Shown here: piece after piece, positions 1 to 9,599 of the stretch
Layout of the letters: every line of letters begins with the position of its first letter
How positions within the stretch are numbered: the stretch's first letter is position 1
From: Acidimicrobiia bacterium
Lineage (GTDB): Bacteria; Actinomycetota; Acidimicrobiia; Spongiisociales; ZC4RG35
NCBI GenBank assembly: GCA_965203555.1
Contig: CBDBCY010000004.1
Location: forward strand, 1,184,001 to 1,248,000
Reading direction: 5' to 3'
DNA length: 64,000 bases
Translations under genes and position numbers: made by a program
Notes under the pieces: generated by a model
Told to the model about the DNA's origin: nothing
Databases searched by the model: none
What the model saw: only the letters and a program-made list of their open reading frames with translations

Positions 1-879
1 TGCGTCGACCTGGTCCTGCCGGTTCCTCACGTGCCGGAACCGGACCAGAAAGTGCATACTCCAGAGGCGGTGGTGAGCCCGGGAGGGGTGGCGCTGAATG
101 TGGCCGTCGCCCTGGCGCGGTTGGGTGCGGAGGTGGCGCTTCATGCCCGGATCGGAGAAGACGCCTTCGGTTCGATGGTCCTGGAGACGCTCGAGTCCCA
201 AGGAGTGGACACCGTCGGCGTGGTGATCGATACCTCTATCTCTACCTATTTCACCGTGTCACTGATCACCGACGACTCACCGGAAAAGCGGATGGTGGTG
301 GCGGTGACTCCCGGCCTGTACCCCGAAACGACCACCTTGGGACCAAGCGCCTGGGGTCACACGGCCCCCTTCGACTTGGAGGCTGCGGCAGAGGTCACCG
401 ATCAGTGGCGGTCGCTGGGAGTCCCGTTCTCGATCGATCTCGAACCGGCCTGCATACCAACCGACCCAACCGACATCGCCTCGGTGACCCGGGGCGCCGA
501 CACTCTGATCGCCAACGCTCGGACCCGGGACCTGTTGGCCGACTCCGCCGAAGATGCGCTCGAGGTGCTGACCGGGCCACTGGGAGGTCGGCACGCGGTG
601 GTCACCCAGGGATCCGACGGCATTGTCTTCAGTTCGGAGGGGAACCTCGGACGGATTCCCGCCCACCCGGTCGAGGCGGTCGACACGACCGGCGCCGGAG
701 ACAGCTTCGCGGCCGGATATATCTGGGCGCGCACCACGGGGTCGGGGGTGACCGAAGCGCTCGAGACGGGAACCGTCACCGGAGCGCTGGCCTGCCGGAG
801 CCTCGGAGCATTGGCCTCGCTCCCCCACCGGGACGAAGTCGAACCACTATTGCGGTCCCGGAGAGAGGGCAACTCGTGA
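1..879 (+). CDS. PfkB/ribokinase-family carbohydrate kinase (5' end outside window)
   Basis: N-terminal PGGVALNVAVALARLG and C-terminal VDTTGAGDSF PfkB signatures; frame is open back to base 1. Confidence 0.9.
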   Translation, partial: CVDLVLPVPHVPEPDQKVHTPEAVVSPGGVALNVAVALARLGAEVALHARIGEDAFGSMVLETLESQGVDTVGVVIDTSISTYFTVSLITDDSPEKRMVVAVTPGLYPETTTLGPSAWGHTAPFDLEAAAEVTDQWRSLGVPFSIDLEPACIPTDPTDIASVTRGADTLIANARTRDLLADSAEDALEVLTGPLGGRHAVVTQGSDGIVFSSEGNLGRIPAHPVEAVDTTGAGDSFAAGYIWARTTGSGVTEALETGTVTGALACRSLGALASLPHRDEVEPLLRSRREGNS

Positions 880-1730
880 GTTCCCTGCTACCCCAAAAGC
901 CTGACCCCCTGAAGGCCATATTCGATGGGCCCAAGCCGATCATCGGGATGATCCATCTGGCGCCGCTCCCCGGGGCGCCCCGCTACGACAGCCAACCCGT
1001 CGAAGAAATCTACGCGGCCGGGGTGGCCGACGCCCTGACCATGTCGGAGGCCGGCATCGACGGAATCATCGTCGAGAACGCCTTCGACATTCCCTTTGCC
1101 CGTCCCGAAGCGATCGGACCGGAGACGGTTGCCGCCCTGACGGCGGCGTGTCTGCGGGTACGGGATGCCGTGGACCTCCCGATCGGGATCACCTGCGTCG
1201 CCAACGGGGTGATACCCGCCCTGGCCGTGGCCAAGGCGGTCGGGGCCCGCTGGATCCGAGCGAACCAGTGGGTGAACGCCTACGTGGCCAACGAAGGGTT
1301 CATCAACGGACCGGCGGGCGAGGCGCTCCGTTACCGGTCGGCGATCGGCGCGCAGGACGTTCAGATCTTCGCCGACGTCCACGTCAAGTTCGGCGCCCAT
1401 GCCGTCACCGGCGACCGGCCGATCGCCGAACAGGCCCGTGACGCCGAGTTCTTCGACGCCGACCTGCTGATCGCCAGCGGGCAGCGCACCGGCTCGCCCA
1501 CCGACACCTCCGAGGTCCGCGCCATCCGGGCGGGCACCTCGCTTCCGGTGATCGTGGGAAGCGGTCTGGACGTGACCAACGCAGCCGAGTTGCTGTCTGT
1601 GGCGGACGGCGCGATCGTGGGAAGTTCGCTCAAAGAAGGAGGCAAATGGTGGAACCCGGTCGACCCCATCGTCACCAAGGAACTGATGGAGGTCGTGCGG
1701 AGCGTAAGAAACAGAACAGGAAAGCAATAA
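876..1730 (+). CDS. BtpA/SgcQ family TIM-barrel protein
   Basis: KPIIGMIHLAPLPGAP, VENAFDIPF, ADVHVKF and ADGAIVGSSLK motifs; GTG start overlaps the upstream stop (GTGA). Confidence 0.88.
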   Translation: MSSLLPQKPDPLKAIFDGPKPIIGMIHLAPLPGAPRYDSQPVEEIYAAGVADALTMSEAGIDGIIVENAFDIPFARPEAIGPETVAALTAACLRVRDAVDLPIGITCVANGVIPALAVAKAVGARWIRANQWVNAYVANEGFINGPAGEALRYRSAIGAQDVQIFADVHVKFGAHAVTGDRPIAEQARDAEFFDADLLIASGQRTGSPTDTSEVRAIRAGTSLPVIVGSGLDVTNAAELLSVADGAIVGSSLKEGGKWWNPVDPIVTKELMEVVRSVRNRTGKQ

Positions 1731-1743
1731 TGAAGGAGGAAAC

Positions 1744-3330
1744 GTGAAACATCATCTGCGGTTGCTGACCGCACTACTGGCCATCCTGGCCCTGGTGGCC
1801 GCGTCCTGCGGCGACGGGGATGACGACGCCGCGGTCGCCGACCCGACCACCACGGCCGCGGTCGCCGAGCCGGAACCCGAGCCCGAGCCGGAACCCGAGC
1901 CCGAGACTGCCGATCCGGGCACCCCCGGCAACATCCCCGACCCGGGCACCGCTGCCGGGCGCTTTGACGGGGTCGAGGTCGTGGTGGCCGGACCGGCCGG
2001 CCAACTCGACTACATGAAGGCCAAGGCCGCCGACTGGGCGGCTGAGACCGGCGCCACCGTTCGGGTCGACGAGATTCCGTTCGGCGAGCTCAACGACAAG
2101 GTGCTGGCGGCACTGTCCACCGACACCTTCATCGCCGACATCATCAACATCGGCTCGAACCTGGGCGGTGACCTGATGGGCGGCGGGTTCATGGCTGCTG
2201 CGCCCGAGTGGGCCCAACAGCGGGCCGACTGGGAGGGCATCCTTCCCATCTTCCGGTCGAACCAGTTGTCGTTCGGCGGGGTCGCCTACGGAATGCCCTG
2301 GGACGGCGACGTGCTCATGTACTACTGGCGCGCCGACGCCTTCGAAGCGCACGCCGACGAGTACGAGGCGGCCACCGGCAATGCCCTCCGTCCGGCCGAG
2401 TCCTGGAGCGAGTACGCGGCCATTGCCAAGTTCTTCACCGAGAACGCCTGGTCGGACCAGGACGAGGGATACGGCCTGGTCGAGTTGCCCATGCGCAACA
2501 ACCAGGGTTGGAACGGATTCATGACCCGCGCAGCGGGATATGCCAAGGCGCCCAACGATCCCGGTTTCTTCTTCGATCCCGAGACGATGGAGCCCCGCAT
2601 CAACAATCCGGGCTTCGTCCGGGCTCTCGAGGACTGGGGCGCCGTCATCGAGTACGGTCCTCCGGGAATGCTCAACTTCGGTTGGATCGAGAACGCTCTG
2701 AGCTTCGTGGGCGGCATCGCCGCTCAGGACATCCAGTGGGGTGACATCGGACCCATGTCCAAGTCTCCCGACTCGGTGGTCGAGGGAGCGGTGGGATACG
2801 GCCCCGCCCCCGGCGCCGACGAGTACTGGGATCCGGTGGCCGGAGCATGGGCTTCCGGCGACGGGCCCAACAAGGCTCCCTTCCTCGGCTTCGGTGGATG
2901 GTTCAACCTGGTTCCCACCACGTCCAACAACCTGGCGGCCGCCTTCGACCTGGCCTCCTTCCTGGGCAGCCCGGAAGTCCTGGCCGAAGCGGCTGTGACC
3001 GCCGGCACCGGCGTCAACCCGGGAACCGCCGCCACGCTCGATCCCGCCCTGTGGGTGAGCGCCGGCTGGCCCGAGGACGAGGCGAAGGCCTACACCGACG
3101 CCATCCGGGCATCGCTCGATCACCCCAACGCGGTGTTCGACATGAGGCTGCCCGGCTTCCCCGAGTACAAGGACGCCCTCGAATTGGCGGTGTCCGAAGC
3201 CCTGTCCGGTCAGGCCAGTGCGCAAGACGCACTCGACGAGGCCGCGGAGACGTGGAACGAGATCACCGACCGTCTCGGTCGTGACGAACAACTCCGCATC
3301 TACCGCGAGGCCTTGGGGCTCACCGGCTGA
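1744..3330 (+). CDS. Carbohydrate ABC transporter substrate-binding lipoprotein
   Basis: Lipobox VAASC, EP linker, YGMPWDGDVLMYYWRAD, followed by two MalF/MalG-type permeases; RBS AGGAGG. Confidence 0.9.
   Translation: MKHHLRLLTALLAILALVAASCGDGDDDAAVADPTTTAAVAEPEPEPEPEPEPETADPGTPGNIPDPGTAAGRFDGVEVVVAGPAGQLDYMKAKAADWAAETGATVRVDEIPFGELNDKVLAALSTDTFIADIINIGSNLGGDLMGGGFMAAAPEWAQQRADWEGILPIFRSNQLSFGGVAYGMPWDGDVLMYYWRADAFEAHADEYEAATGNALRPAESWSEYAAIAKFFTENAWSDQDEGYGLVELPMRNNQGWNGFMTRAAGYAKAPNDPGFFFDPETMEPRINNPGFVRALEDWGAVIEYGPPGMLNFGWIENALSFVGGIAAQDIQWGDIGPMSKSPDSVVEGAVGYGPAPGADEYWDPVAGAWASGDGPNKAPFLGFGGWFNLVPTTSNNLAAAFDLASFLGSPEVLAEAAVTAGTGVNPGTAATLDPALWVSAGWPEDEAKAYTDAIRASLDHPNAVFDMRLPGFPEYKDALELAVSEALSGQASAQDALDEAAETWNEITDRLGRDEQLRIYREALGLTG
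1867..1905 (+). repeat. Tandem repeat encoding an (EP)n linker
   Basis: gagccggaacccgagccc present twice plus a partial copy. Confidence 0.85.
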
Positions 3331-4250
3331 CAACCAAAACAGCACGCGCACCGGTCCGTCCCGGCAAACCGCTGGGACGGACCGGCAGTGCGCCACGCTG
3401 GTTCATATCGCCCGCCACCACCGCGGTGCTCGCACTGAGCATCTTCCCGCTGGTCTTCTCGCTGGGCCTCACTTTCACCAACGTCAATCTCTTCCGGCGG
3501 GTGCCTTTGCGCTTCATCGGCCTGGAGAACTGGGCTCGCATCTTCTCGGACGAGGCCCTGCTCGAAACGCTTATCAACACCATCATCTTCGTGGGCGGCG
3601 GCGTGGCCGTCCAATACGTGTTGGGCCTGGCCCTGGCCGTGGCGCTCAACCGGGGCTTTCGGGAACAGCGCCTGATGCGCATCCTGTTCCTGCTGCCGAT
3701 GATGGTGAGCCCGATCGCAGTGGGCTTCATAATCGGCCGCATGGTTTTCAGCGAGGGCTTCGGGCCGATCAACGACATGCTGGAGGCGGTGGGACTGCCG
3801 GCCGTGGCGTGGGTCACCTCGCCGGCCATCGCCAAGGTGACCATCATCCTGGTCGACACCTGGCAGTGGACGCCGCTGATGATGCTGTTGATACTGGTCG
3901 GTTTGCAGGGCATTCCCACCGAACCGCTCCAGGCGGCCCGGGTGGACGGCGCCAGCGAGTGGCAGATCTTCCGCCACATCGTCTTCCCGCTGCTGCTTCC
4001 GGTCAGCATCACCGCGGTGCTCATCCGGGCATTGGAGGCCTTCAAGATCATCGACATCATCCGGGTGGTGACCGGCGGCGGCCCGGGCCGCGCCACCGAG
4101 TCGGTGACCGCCTACGTCTACAACGTCGGCGCCAAGCAGGGCGACCTGGCCTATGCCGCGGCGGCGGCCTATGTCCTGCTGTTCGTGGTTATAGGCGTCA
4201 GTTTCCTGGCGTTGTACATCAGTCGCCGGGTGCAGGAGCGATACGCATGA
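3327..4250 (+). CDS. Carbohydrate ABC permease (MalF-like); start uncertain (CTG 3327 or GTG 3426)
   Basis: EAA-like loop QAARVDGASEWQIFRHI and WQWTPLMML; frame open from a CTG overlapping the upstream stop, giving PRWFISPA before the first TM. Confidence 0.88.
   Translation: MTTKTARAPVRPGKPLGRTGSAPRWFISPATTAVLALSIFPLVFSLGLTFTNVNLFRRVPLRFIGLENWARIFSDEALLETLINTIIFVGGGVAVQYVLGLALAVALNRGFREQRLMRILFLLPMMVSPIAVGFIIGRMVFSEGFGPINDMLEAVGLPAVAWVTSPAIAKVTIILVDTWQWTPLMMLLILVGLQGIPTEPLQAARVDGASEWQIFRHIVFPLLLPVSITAVLIRALEAFKIIDIIRVVTGGGPGRATESVTAYVYNVGAKQGDLAYAAAAAYVLLFVVIGVSFLALYISRRVQERYA
3351..3385 (+). promoter_or_regulatory. 15-bp stem-loop after the binding-protein gene (mRNA stabiliser or attenuator)
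   Basis: ccggtccgtcccggc-aaacc-gctgggacggaccgg with one G-U pair and no U-tract. Confidence 0.6.
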
Positions 4251-5083
4251 AGGGTCGGTTGGTCATCCGGGCGTTCCTGTGGGTGGCGGCGTTCATCACC
4301 CTGTTTCCCCTCTACTGGATCGTTATCACCTCGTTCAAGACCCAGCTCGACATCGGAGTGAACCCCACCTATCTGCCGTGGGTGGACTTCATGCCCACTC
4401 TCGAGGGCTGGCGGTGGTTGCTGTCAGAGGCGAGGTCCGATGTGATCAGGGCAATTGTCAACAGCCTGATCGTTTCCGGGGGCAGCGCTGCAATCGCCAC
4501 CCTCCTGGGAGCGGGGGCCGGGTACGGCCTGACCCGCTACCGGTACCGGTGGCGGTTCTGGCGCAACGAGGACATCGCCTTCTGGTTCATCTCCCAGCGG
4601 ATGCTCCCACCGGTGGCGATCGTGCTGGCGTTCCTGCTGATGTTCCGGTATCTCAGCCTGCTGGACACCCGCCTGGGTCTCACCATCGCCTACACCGGGT
4701 TCGCCATCCCGTTTACCGTCTGGATCATGCGCGACGCCTTCGCGCAGGTGCCGATCGAACTGGAGGAGAGCGCCGGGGTGGACGGCGCGTCGGCGGCCAA
4801 TGTCTTCTTCCGTATCTCCCTTCCGATCGCGGTGCCCGGCCTGGTCGGGTCGCTGCTGTTCGCCTTCGTGTTCGCCTGGAACGAGTATCTCTTCGCCCTG
4901 ATGCTCACCTTCCAGGAAGCCACCACGGTGCCCTTGCTCCTGTCCTCTCGCATCACCTCATTCGGAGCGCAGTGGGACCAACTCTCGGCGCTCACCCTCA
5001 CCAATTTGATTCCGGCCGCGGTTCTTGGGATCATGCTGGAGCGTTTCCTGATCCGCAACCGTACGGAAGGATCTCTCAAATGA
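4247..5083 (+). CDS. Carbohydrate ABC permease (MalG-like)
   Basis: MKGRLVIR start in an ATGA overlap; ELEESAGVDGAS and FVFAWNEYLFA. Confidence 0.9.
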   Translation: MKGRLVIRAFLWVAAFITLFPLYWIVITSFKTQLDIGVNPTYLPWVDFMPTLEGWRWLLSEARSDVIRAIVNSLIVSGGSAAIATLLGAGAGYGLTRYRYRWRFWRNEDIAFWFISQRMLPPVAIVLAFLLMFRYLSLLDTRLGLTIAYTGFAIPFTVWIMRDAFAQVPIELEESAGVDGASAANVFFRISLPIAVPGLVGSLLFAFVFAWNEYLFALMLTFQEATTVPLLLSSRITSFGAQWDQLSALTLTNLIPAAVLGIMLERFLIRNRTEGSLK

Positions 5084-5733
5084 CTGCAGGCGTCACCTTC
5101 ATCGCCGACGGGCTGCGGCTTCCGGTTGCCGGTGGCCTGGGGCGAGTCATGCAGGATCTGGCCGCAACCGGCTGGCTGCTCGACCCACAGCAGATCGCCG
5201 GTCGCGTGGAAGCCGGCACACCCACCATCTACTGGTCCGAGCCCTTCCAGAACGTGGCGGCGTTCGGGCTGTTCGAAGCGCCCTGTGTCACGGAAGCCCA
5301 CCGGGGGATCACCGCACTCACCGAGGCCGGTTGGGGGCAGACGTTCGAACGGACCCAGTGGATAGTCGGCCCCAGGGACCTTCCCCCGTCCCTGGGAGAG
5401 GGACCCTTCGACCAGGGGCTGGGATTCCTGGCCCTGTGGGACTGGAACGACGCCTGGCACGAGGCAACGCCCGCAGAGCGAGCTGTGTACGATGCCGACT
5501 GCGACGTGGCGTTCGAATACGACGTGGAACTGGGAATCGACATCTTCGGACGCTTTGACGTGAGCGGGACTTCGGACTGGGACCATGCGGCGCTGTGGGA
5601 CGTGCCGGACCTGCTGACCCTCACCGAAGCCATGCACGGTCACGAGATCCAGGACGACTTCATGTTCACCACCTCGCACCATCTCATCGGGCGTCCGATC
5701 GCCCTCGACCGATTGGAGGAATGCCTGCAGTGA
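5080..5733 (+). CDS. Hypothetical protein, probably two dimeric alpha/beta-barrel-like (DUF6616/Cld-like) repeats
   Basis: ATGA-coupled start; WNDAWHEATPAERA...DHAALWDVPD pattern resembles ferredoxin-fold barrel proteins. Confidence 0.55.
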   Translation: MTAGVTFIADGLRLPVAGGLGRVMQDLAATGWLLDPQQIAGRVEAGTPTIYWSEPFQNVAAFGLFEAPCVTEAHRGITALTEAGWGQTFERTQWIVGPRDLPPSLGEGPFDQGLGFLALWDWNDAWHEATPAERAVYDADCDVAFEYDVELGIDIFGRFDVSGTSDWDHAALWDVPDLLTLTEAMHGHEIQDDFMFTTSHHLIGRPIALDRLEECLQ

Positions 5734-6047
5734 TCACCTGGATACACACCTACCGGCCACGGCCCGGGTGGTATGAGCAGACCCCGGCGGCACGCCAAGC
5801 GTTGCTTGCCAGTTGGGAGGATGTCGCCGCCGCGTCAATCGAAAACGGCGCCACCTGCGCCGACCCTCTCTCCATCCGAGGCCAGTCCCGGCAAGAGCAT
5901 CTGCAGATCTGGACCTTCCCCGATCTGGAGCGACTGGAGGACCACTGGACCCGGCTCCGCAAACTCGGCTACACAGACTGGCGGGAGTCGGAGAACACGG
6001 TGGCCACCGAGATCGTCACGAGCAGACTTACCGGCCCGGAACACTGA
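5730..6047 (+). CDS. Small hypothetical protein, DUF6616-like
   Basis: GTGA-coupled start; YRPRPGWYEQTPAARQALL...IWTFPD pattern similar to the upstream gene. Confidence 0.6.
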   Translation: MITWIHTYRPRPGWYEQTPAARQALLASWEDVAAASIENGATCADPLSIRGQSRQEHLQIWTFPDLERLEDHWTRLRKLGYTDWRESENTVATEIVTSRLTGPEH

Positions 6048-6096
6048 GTTCTACCGATCAGTGCGGGCGGGGAGGTTCAACTCCTCCCCAGAGGAC

Positions 6097-8409
6097 TCAG
6101 CCGGGGCCGTTTACCCGGTAACCGCGGGGTGGCGTCTCTCCCAACAGGTGCTCTACGAAGTAGTCCCAGCGGCGACGGGTGAAGTAGGGATCTTCGTTCC
6201 AAGTGCCCCAGGTTCCGGAAAAGTCGTGGTTGCGGTTGGGAAGCACCAACAGGTCGAAGTCCCGGTTGGCTTCGATCAAGGCGTCGATCAGTTGTAGGGT
6301 GGCGGCCGGGTTGACGTTGTCGTCGAGGTCGCCTGTTACCAGCAGGAGCCTCCCGCGAAGGTTTTGAGCCAACGTCCGGTTGGCCTGGGTATCCCAGCCG
6401 GGTCCCCCGAAGGGACCGGTCCAGCGTTCTCCCCATGTGACGTTGGTGAGCGCCTGATCGTGATTCCCCGCCGAGGCCACACCCACCCGGTAGATATCCG
6501 GGTACTCCAGCATGGCTCTGACCACCGCGTACGCGCCCGCCGAGTGACCGTAGATGCCCACCCGATCAAGATCGAGGTAGGGCCGGTCCCTGGCCAGTTG
6601 GGTGAGGACCGCCACGTGATCGGCCAACCCTCCGCCCTCCGCGGAGAGGCCGTATCCCGCATCCAGGAAGGCCTTGGACCGTCCCGGCGTCCCCCGTCCG
6701 TCGACGGTGAAGACCACGAATCCCAGGTCGGCCAGCCCGTGGGTGGCCTCTCCCACCACGTCGGTGAAGGCGCGGGGAGTCCTGGTGGCCTGGGGACCGG
6801 GATAGATGCTCTCGATCACCGGGTACTTGCGGGCGGGATCGAAGTCGTGGGGCAGGACGATCATCCCGTACAGATCGGTCTCGCCGTCGCTTGCCTTGGC
6901 CGTGAACCGCTCCGGGTATTCCCACCCGGTGGCCAGGAGCGCCGAGACATCGGTTTCGGCCACCTGTGCGACCATTTCGCCCGTGGACCTTCGCAAGACC
7001 GTCCTGGGTGGTTGGTCGATTCGCGAAAAACGGTCCACGAAGAACCGTCCGTCCGGTGAGAAGTCCACCCAGGGAGGCCACTCTCCGTGCTCGGCGTCCT
7101 CGGGGGTGAGGAGCTTGGGCGCACCCCCGTCGAGGCTCACCGCGTAGAGATGGTGGTAGTACGGATCCCGGGAGGGTTCCCTTCCGGCGCCCATGAAGAA
7201 CGCGGTCCGCGTGTTCTTATCGACCCTAACCAGGTCCGTCACCAGCCAATCGCCGCCGGTCAGTCGCCGGATGGGACGGCCGCGGCCGTCGAGCAGGTAC
7301 AGATGACCCCAACCGCTCCGGGCGGAATACCAGATGATCTCCTGGCGGTCTCCGCTCACCCAGACATTGGGAGCGCCGTAGTAGAGAGCGTTGAGGTCGA
7401 TGGGCGTCTCGCTCTCCTCCTCCACCACCACCGTGCAACGGCCGGTCGACGGTTCGGCGCAGACCAGTCGGACCGAGCGACGGTGGCGATCCCAGTGAAG
7501 GAAGAATATGGCGTCTGACCCTGCGGCCCACCAGACGTGGTTCAACTCGATGGGAGCGAGAAACGGCGAGGCGAGAGGGTCCCACGACAGGTCCGTGCGC
7601 CTGCCGGTCTCGACCTCGAAGCAGACCAGTTGGGCCAGCGGCAACTCGGCGTCTCCCGGCAGGGCCTGGCGATAGGTGTGGATGCGAGGGCGGAGCGATC
7701 CATCCCGGGGGGCGCCCTGGAGGAGGCGCAGGGTCCCCACTCGCCGCTCGTCGAGCCTGTGTGTCAGAAGATGGCGCTCGTCGGGAGACCAGAGCACCCG
7801 GGGCGGTGGGGCGCGGTCTGCGAGACGGTCGGTGACCGCCGAGTTGCGGCCCTCCGGCGACGACCCGTACCCGTAGGCCGGCTCGGCGTCGTGGGTGAGG
7901 GGGGTCGACGTGCCCGCGAGGTGATCGATGAGCACCAGATTGCCGGACTCGACTCTTGCCTCGTATCTTCCCGAAGGAGAGACGCTCCCAAGCCCGGTTG
8001 GCGCCACGGGACCGAGTCCTCGCAGCGATGAGCCATCCAGGGCGCACTCCCATCGGTGGTCGTCGATCTCAAAGCGCATGGGGGCGCCGTCAGAGGTGAA
8101 CTCGAAGTCCTGGAAGGGGAGCCGGAGGGGCTCGATTTCCCTCCCGAGGGCTGCGGACAGCGCCGAGGCCACCGATCGGTGATCGAAGGCCTCGGTCTGG
8201 CGGCCGCTCCCGGCGTCGACCAGCATGAACCGGTGACCCGAGGCCGATTCGGAGCGGTACCGGAAGGCGCGGGAGTCGGCCAGCCAGTGCACCGCCGTCT
8301 CCAGGTTGAACACCAGCGACTTGACGTTTCGATGGAGCATCGACTCGGCGCGCCGGTAGCGCTCCCACATCGGGGGTGGGAGGGGAGGCGGTCTCTGGGG
8401 TTGCGTCAT
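6097..8409 (-). CDS. S9B dipeptidyl-peptidase IV family serine peptidase without a signal peptide
   Basis: GIYGHSAG nucleophile elbow, DDNV and NRNH triad motifs, DPPIV_N propeller (WSPD, RSGWGHLY). Confidence 0.92.
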   Translation of the reverse strand: MTQPQRPPPLPPPMWERYRRAESMLHRNVKSLVFNLETAVHWLADSRAFRYRSESASGHRFMLVDAGSGRQTEAFDHRSVASALSAALGREIEPLRLPFQDFEFTSDGAPMRFEIDDHRWECALDGSSLRGLGPVAPTGLGSVSPSGRYEARVESGNLVLIDHLAGTSTPLTHDAEPAYGYGSSPEGRNSAVTDRLADRAPPPRVLWSPDERHLLTHRLDERRVGTLRLLQGAPRDGSLRPRIHTYRQALPGDAELPLAQLVCFEVETGRRTDLSWDPLASPFLAPIELNHVWWAAGSDAIFFLHWDRHRRSVRLVCAEPSTGRCTVVVEEESETPIDLNALYYGAPNVWVSGDRQEIIWYSARSGWGHLYLLDGRGRPIRRLTGGDWLVTDLVRVDKNTRTAFFMGAGREPSRDPYYHHLYAVSLDGGAPKLLTPEDAEHGEWPPWVDFSPDGRFFVDRFSRIDQPPRTVLRRSTGEMVAQVAETDVSALLATGWEYPERFTAKASDGETDLYGMIVLPHDFDPARKYPVIESIYPGPQATRTPRAFTDVVGEATHGLADLGFVVFTVDGRGTPGRSKAFLDAGYGLSAEGGGLADHVAVLTQLARDRPYLDLDRVGIYGHSAGAYAVVRAMLEYPDIYRVGVASAGNHDQALTNVTWGERWTGPFGGPGWDTQANRTLAQNLRGRLLLVTGDLDDNVNPAATLQLIDALIEANRDFDLLVLPNRNHDFSGTWGTWNEDPYFTRRRWDYFVEHLLGETPPRGYRVNGPG

Positions 8410-8416
8410 TTCCCCC

Positions 8417-9583
8417 TCATCCTCCCAGGATTTCCACCAATCGGTCGGCGATGATCTTCTCCTGGCCCGCCTGCAGCGTGGAGACCCGGATGTCGAGGGA
8501 GTCCCGGTCGGGATCGACCCACAGGTAGTGGGGCCGGAGGATTATGCAGGGATCTCCCTGGTGGAGTTCTTTCACCACCTGCGCCAGGGTTTTGGGTGAG
8601 CGGGCACGATCAAACCTGACGCGTAGGGAGTCCGGTGGCTTGGGATCGGCGGTGGCCGAGCCGTCCTCGTGGGAGAAACTCAGGTACGAGAATACCTCCA
8701 GCCGTGACCGCATGGTGTCCATGAGCCGTCGGTAGCGGCGGAACCGTTCTCGGTGATCCATCTCCAGCCACTGCTTCAGAGCAGCGTAGGCCGCGGCGAT
8801 CTCGCCTCGCCCGACTTTCATGTGCCTCCCGAACGCCTCCGCGTTGGGTCCTTCGAAGGCCAGGTAGCTGTTCTTGCGGGCGGACTCGATTCCGGCGGAT
8901 GTCCCGGTGAGAATGCCGGCCATGGAGCCGGCGCCGAAGAACTTGCCGCTGTAGGTTGCGAAGTCGGCGCCGGCCCGGACGTATCTGCTGAAGTTGTCGA
9001 GCGGATAGACCTGCTCCGCTGCATCGACGATCACCGCCAGATCGTGGCGCTTGGCGATCTCGAGGACCTGGTGGAAGGAGACCACGTTGGGCGCGCCGGG
9101 AGCGTAGAAGAAGATCCCGGCGGTCCTCTCGGAGATGGCGCTCTCGATGTCGGCGGCCGACGTGGAGGTCTCGTCTCCGGCCAGCACTGTCTTGCCGCCG
9201 GCACCCTCCAGGCAGCGATCGTAGAAGGTCCGGTTCCCTGCCTGGACCACGAACTCCCGGCGGAGCCCGGCGGTGTCGGGGATGCGGGCCACCAGGTCGT
9301 CCTCTCCCCCGGTGATGCAGGCGGCGGTGGCCAGCACCGTTCCGGCGGCGGCGCCGGGGGTGACCAGGGCGGCCTCGATCCCGAGCAGGTCGGCGATCGC
9401 CCGGCCGGCCGCGTCGGAGAGGCGCTCGACCTCGATGAAAGACCGGTTGGCAGCCGCCACCGCCTCGAGGACCGGTCCCCGTGGGAGGCTCCCGCCCAGG
9501 CCGGTCAGATCGTTGTGAGCGTTGATCACCGGACCGACGCCCAGGTCCGAGAGGACCTGGTGACCGCTCTCCCGGTTGCTCAC
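8417..9583 (-). CDS. SelA/DgaE-like PLP-dependent enzyme
   Basis: GVGPVINA..LTGLGGS, VIVDAA, YSGKFF (PLP lysine), GRHMKVG. Confidence 0.85.
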   Translation of the reverse strand: MSNRESGHQVLSDLGVGPVINAHNDLTGLGGSLPRGPVLEAVAAANRSFIEVERLSDAAGRAIADLLGIEAALVTPGAAAGTVLATAACITGGEDDLVARIPDTAGLRREFVVQAGNRTFYDRCLEGAGGKTVLAGDETSTSAADIESAISERTAGIFFYAPGAPNVVSFHQVLEIAKRHDLAVIVDAAEQVYPLDNFSRYVRAGADFATYSGKFFGAGSMAGILTGTSAGIESARKNSYLAFEGPNAEAFGRHMKVGRGEIAAAYAALKQWLEMDHRERFRRYRRLMDTMRSRLEVFSYLSFSHEDGSATADPKPPDSLRVRFDRARSPKTLAQVVKELHQGDPCIILRPHYLWVDPDRDSLDIRVSTLQAGQEKIIADRLVEILGG

Positions 9584-9599
9584 CAGCGGATCGTCGCTC

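Noticed and set aside
1774-3396. Long antisense and alternate-frame ORFs here and throughout the window
   Set aside because: Expected shadows of high-GC coding sequence, with no recognisable motifs
8417-9583. True selenocysteine synthase selA
   Set aside because: Short DgaE-like length and no selB or selC nearby
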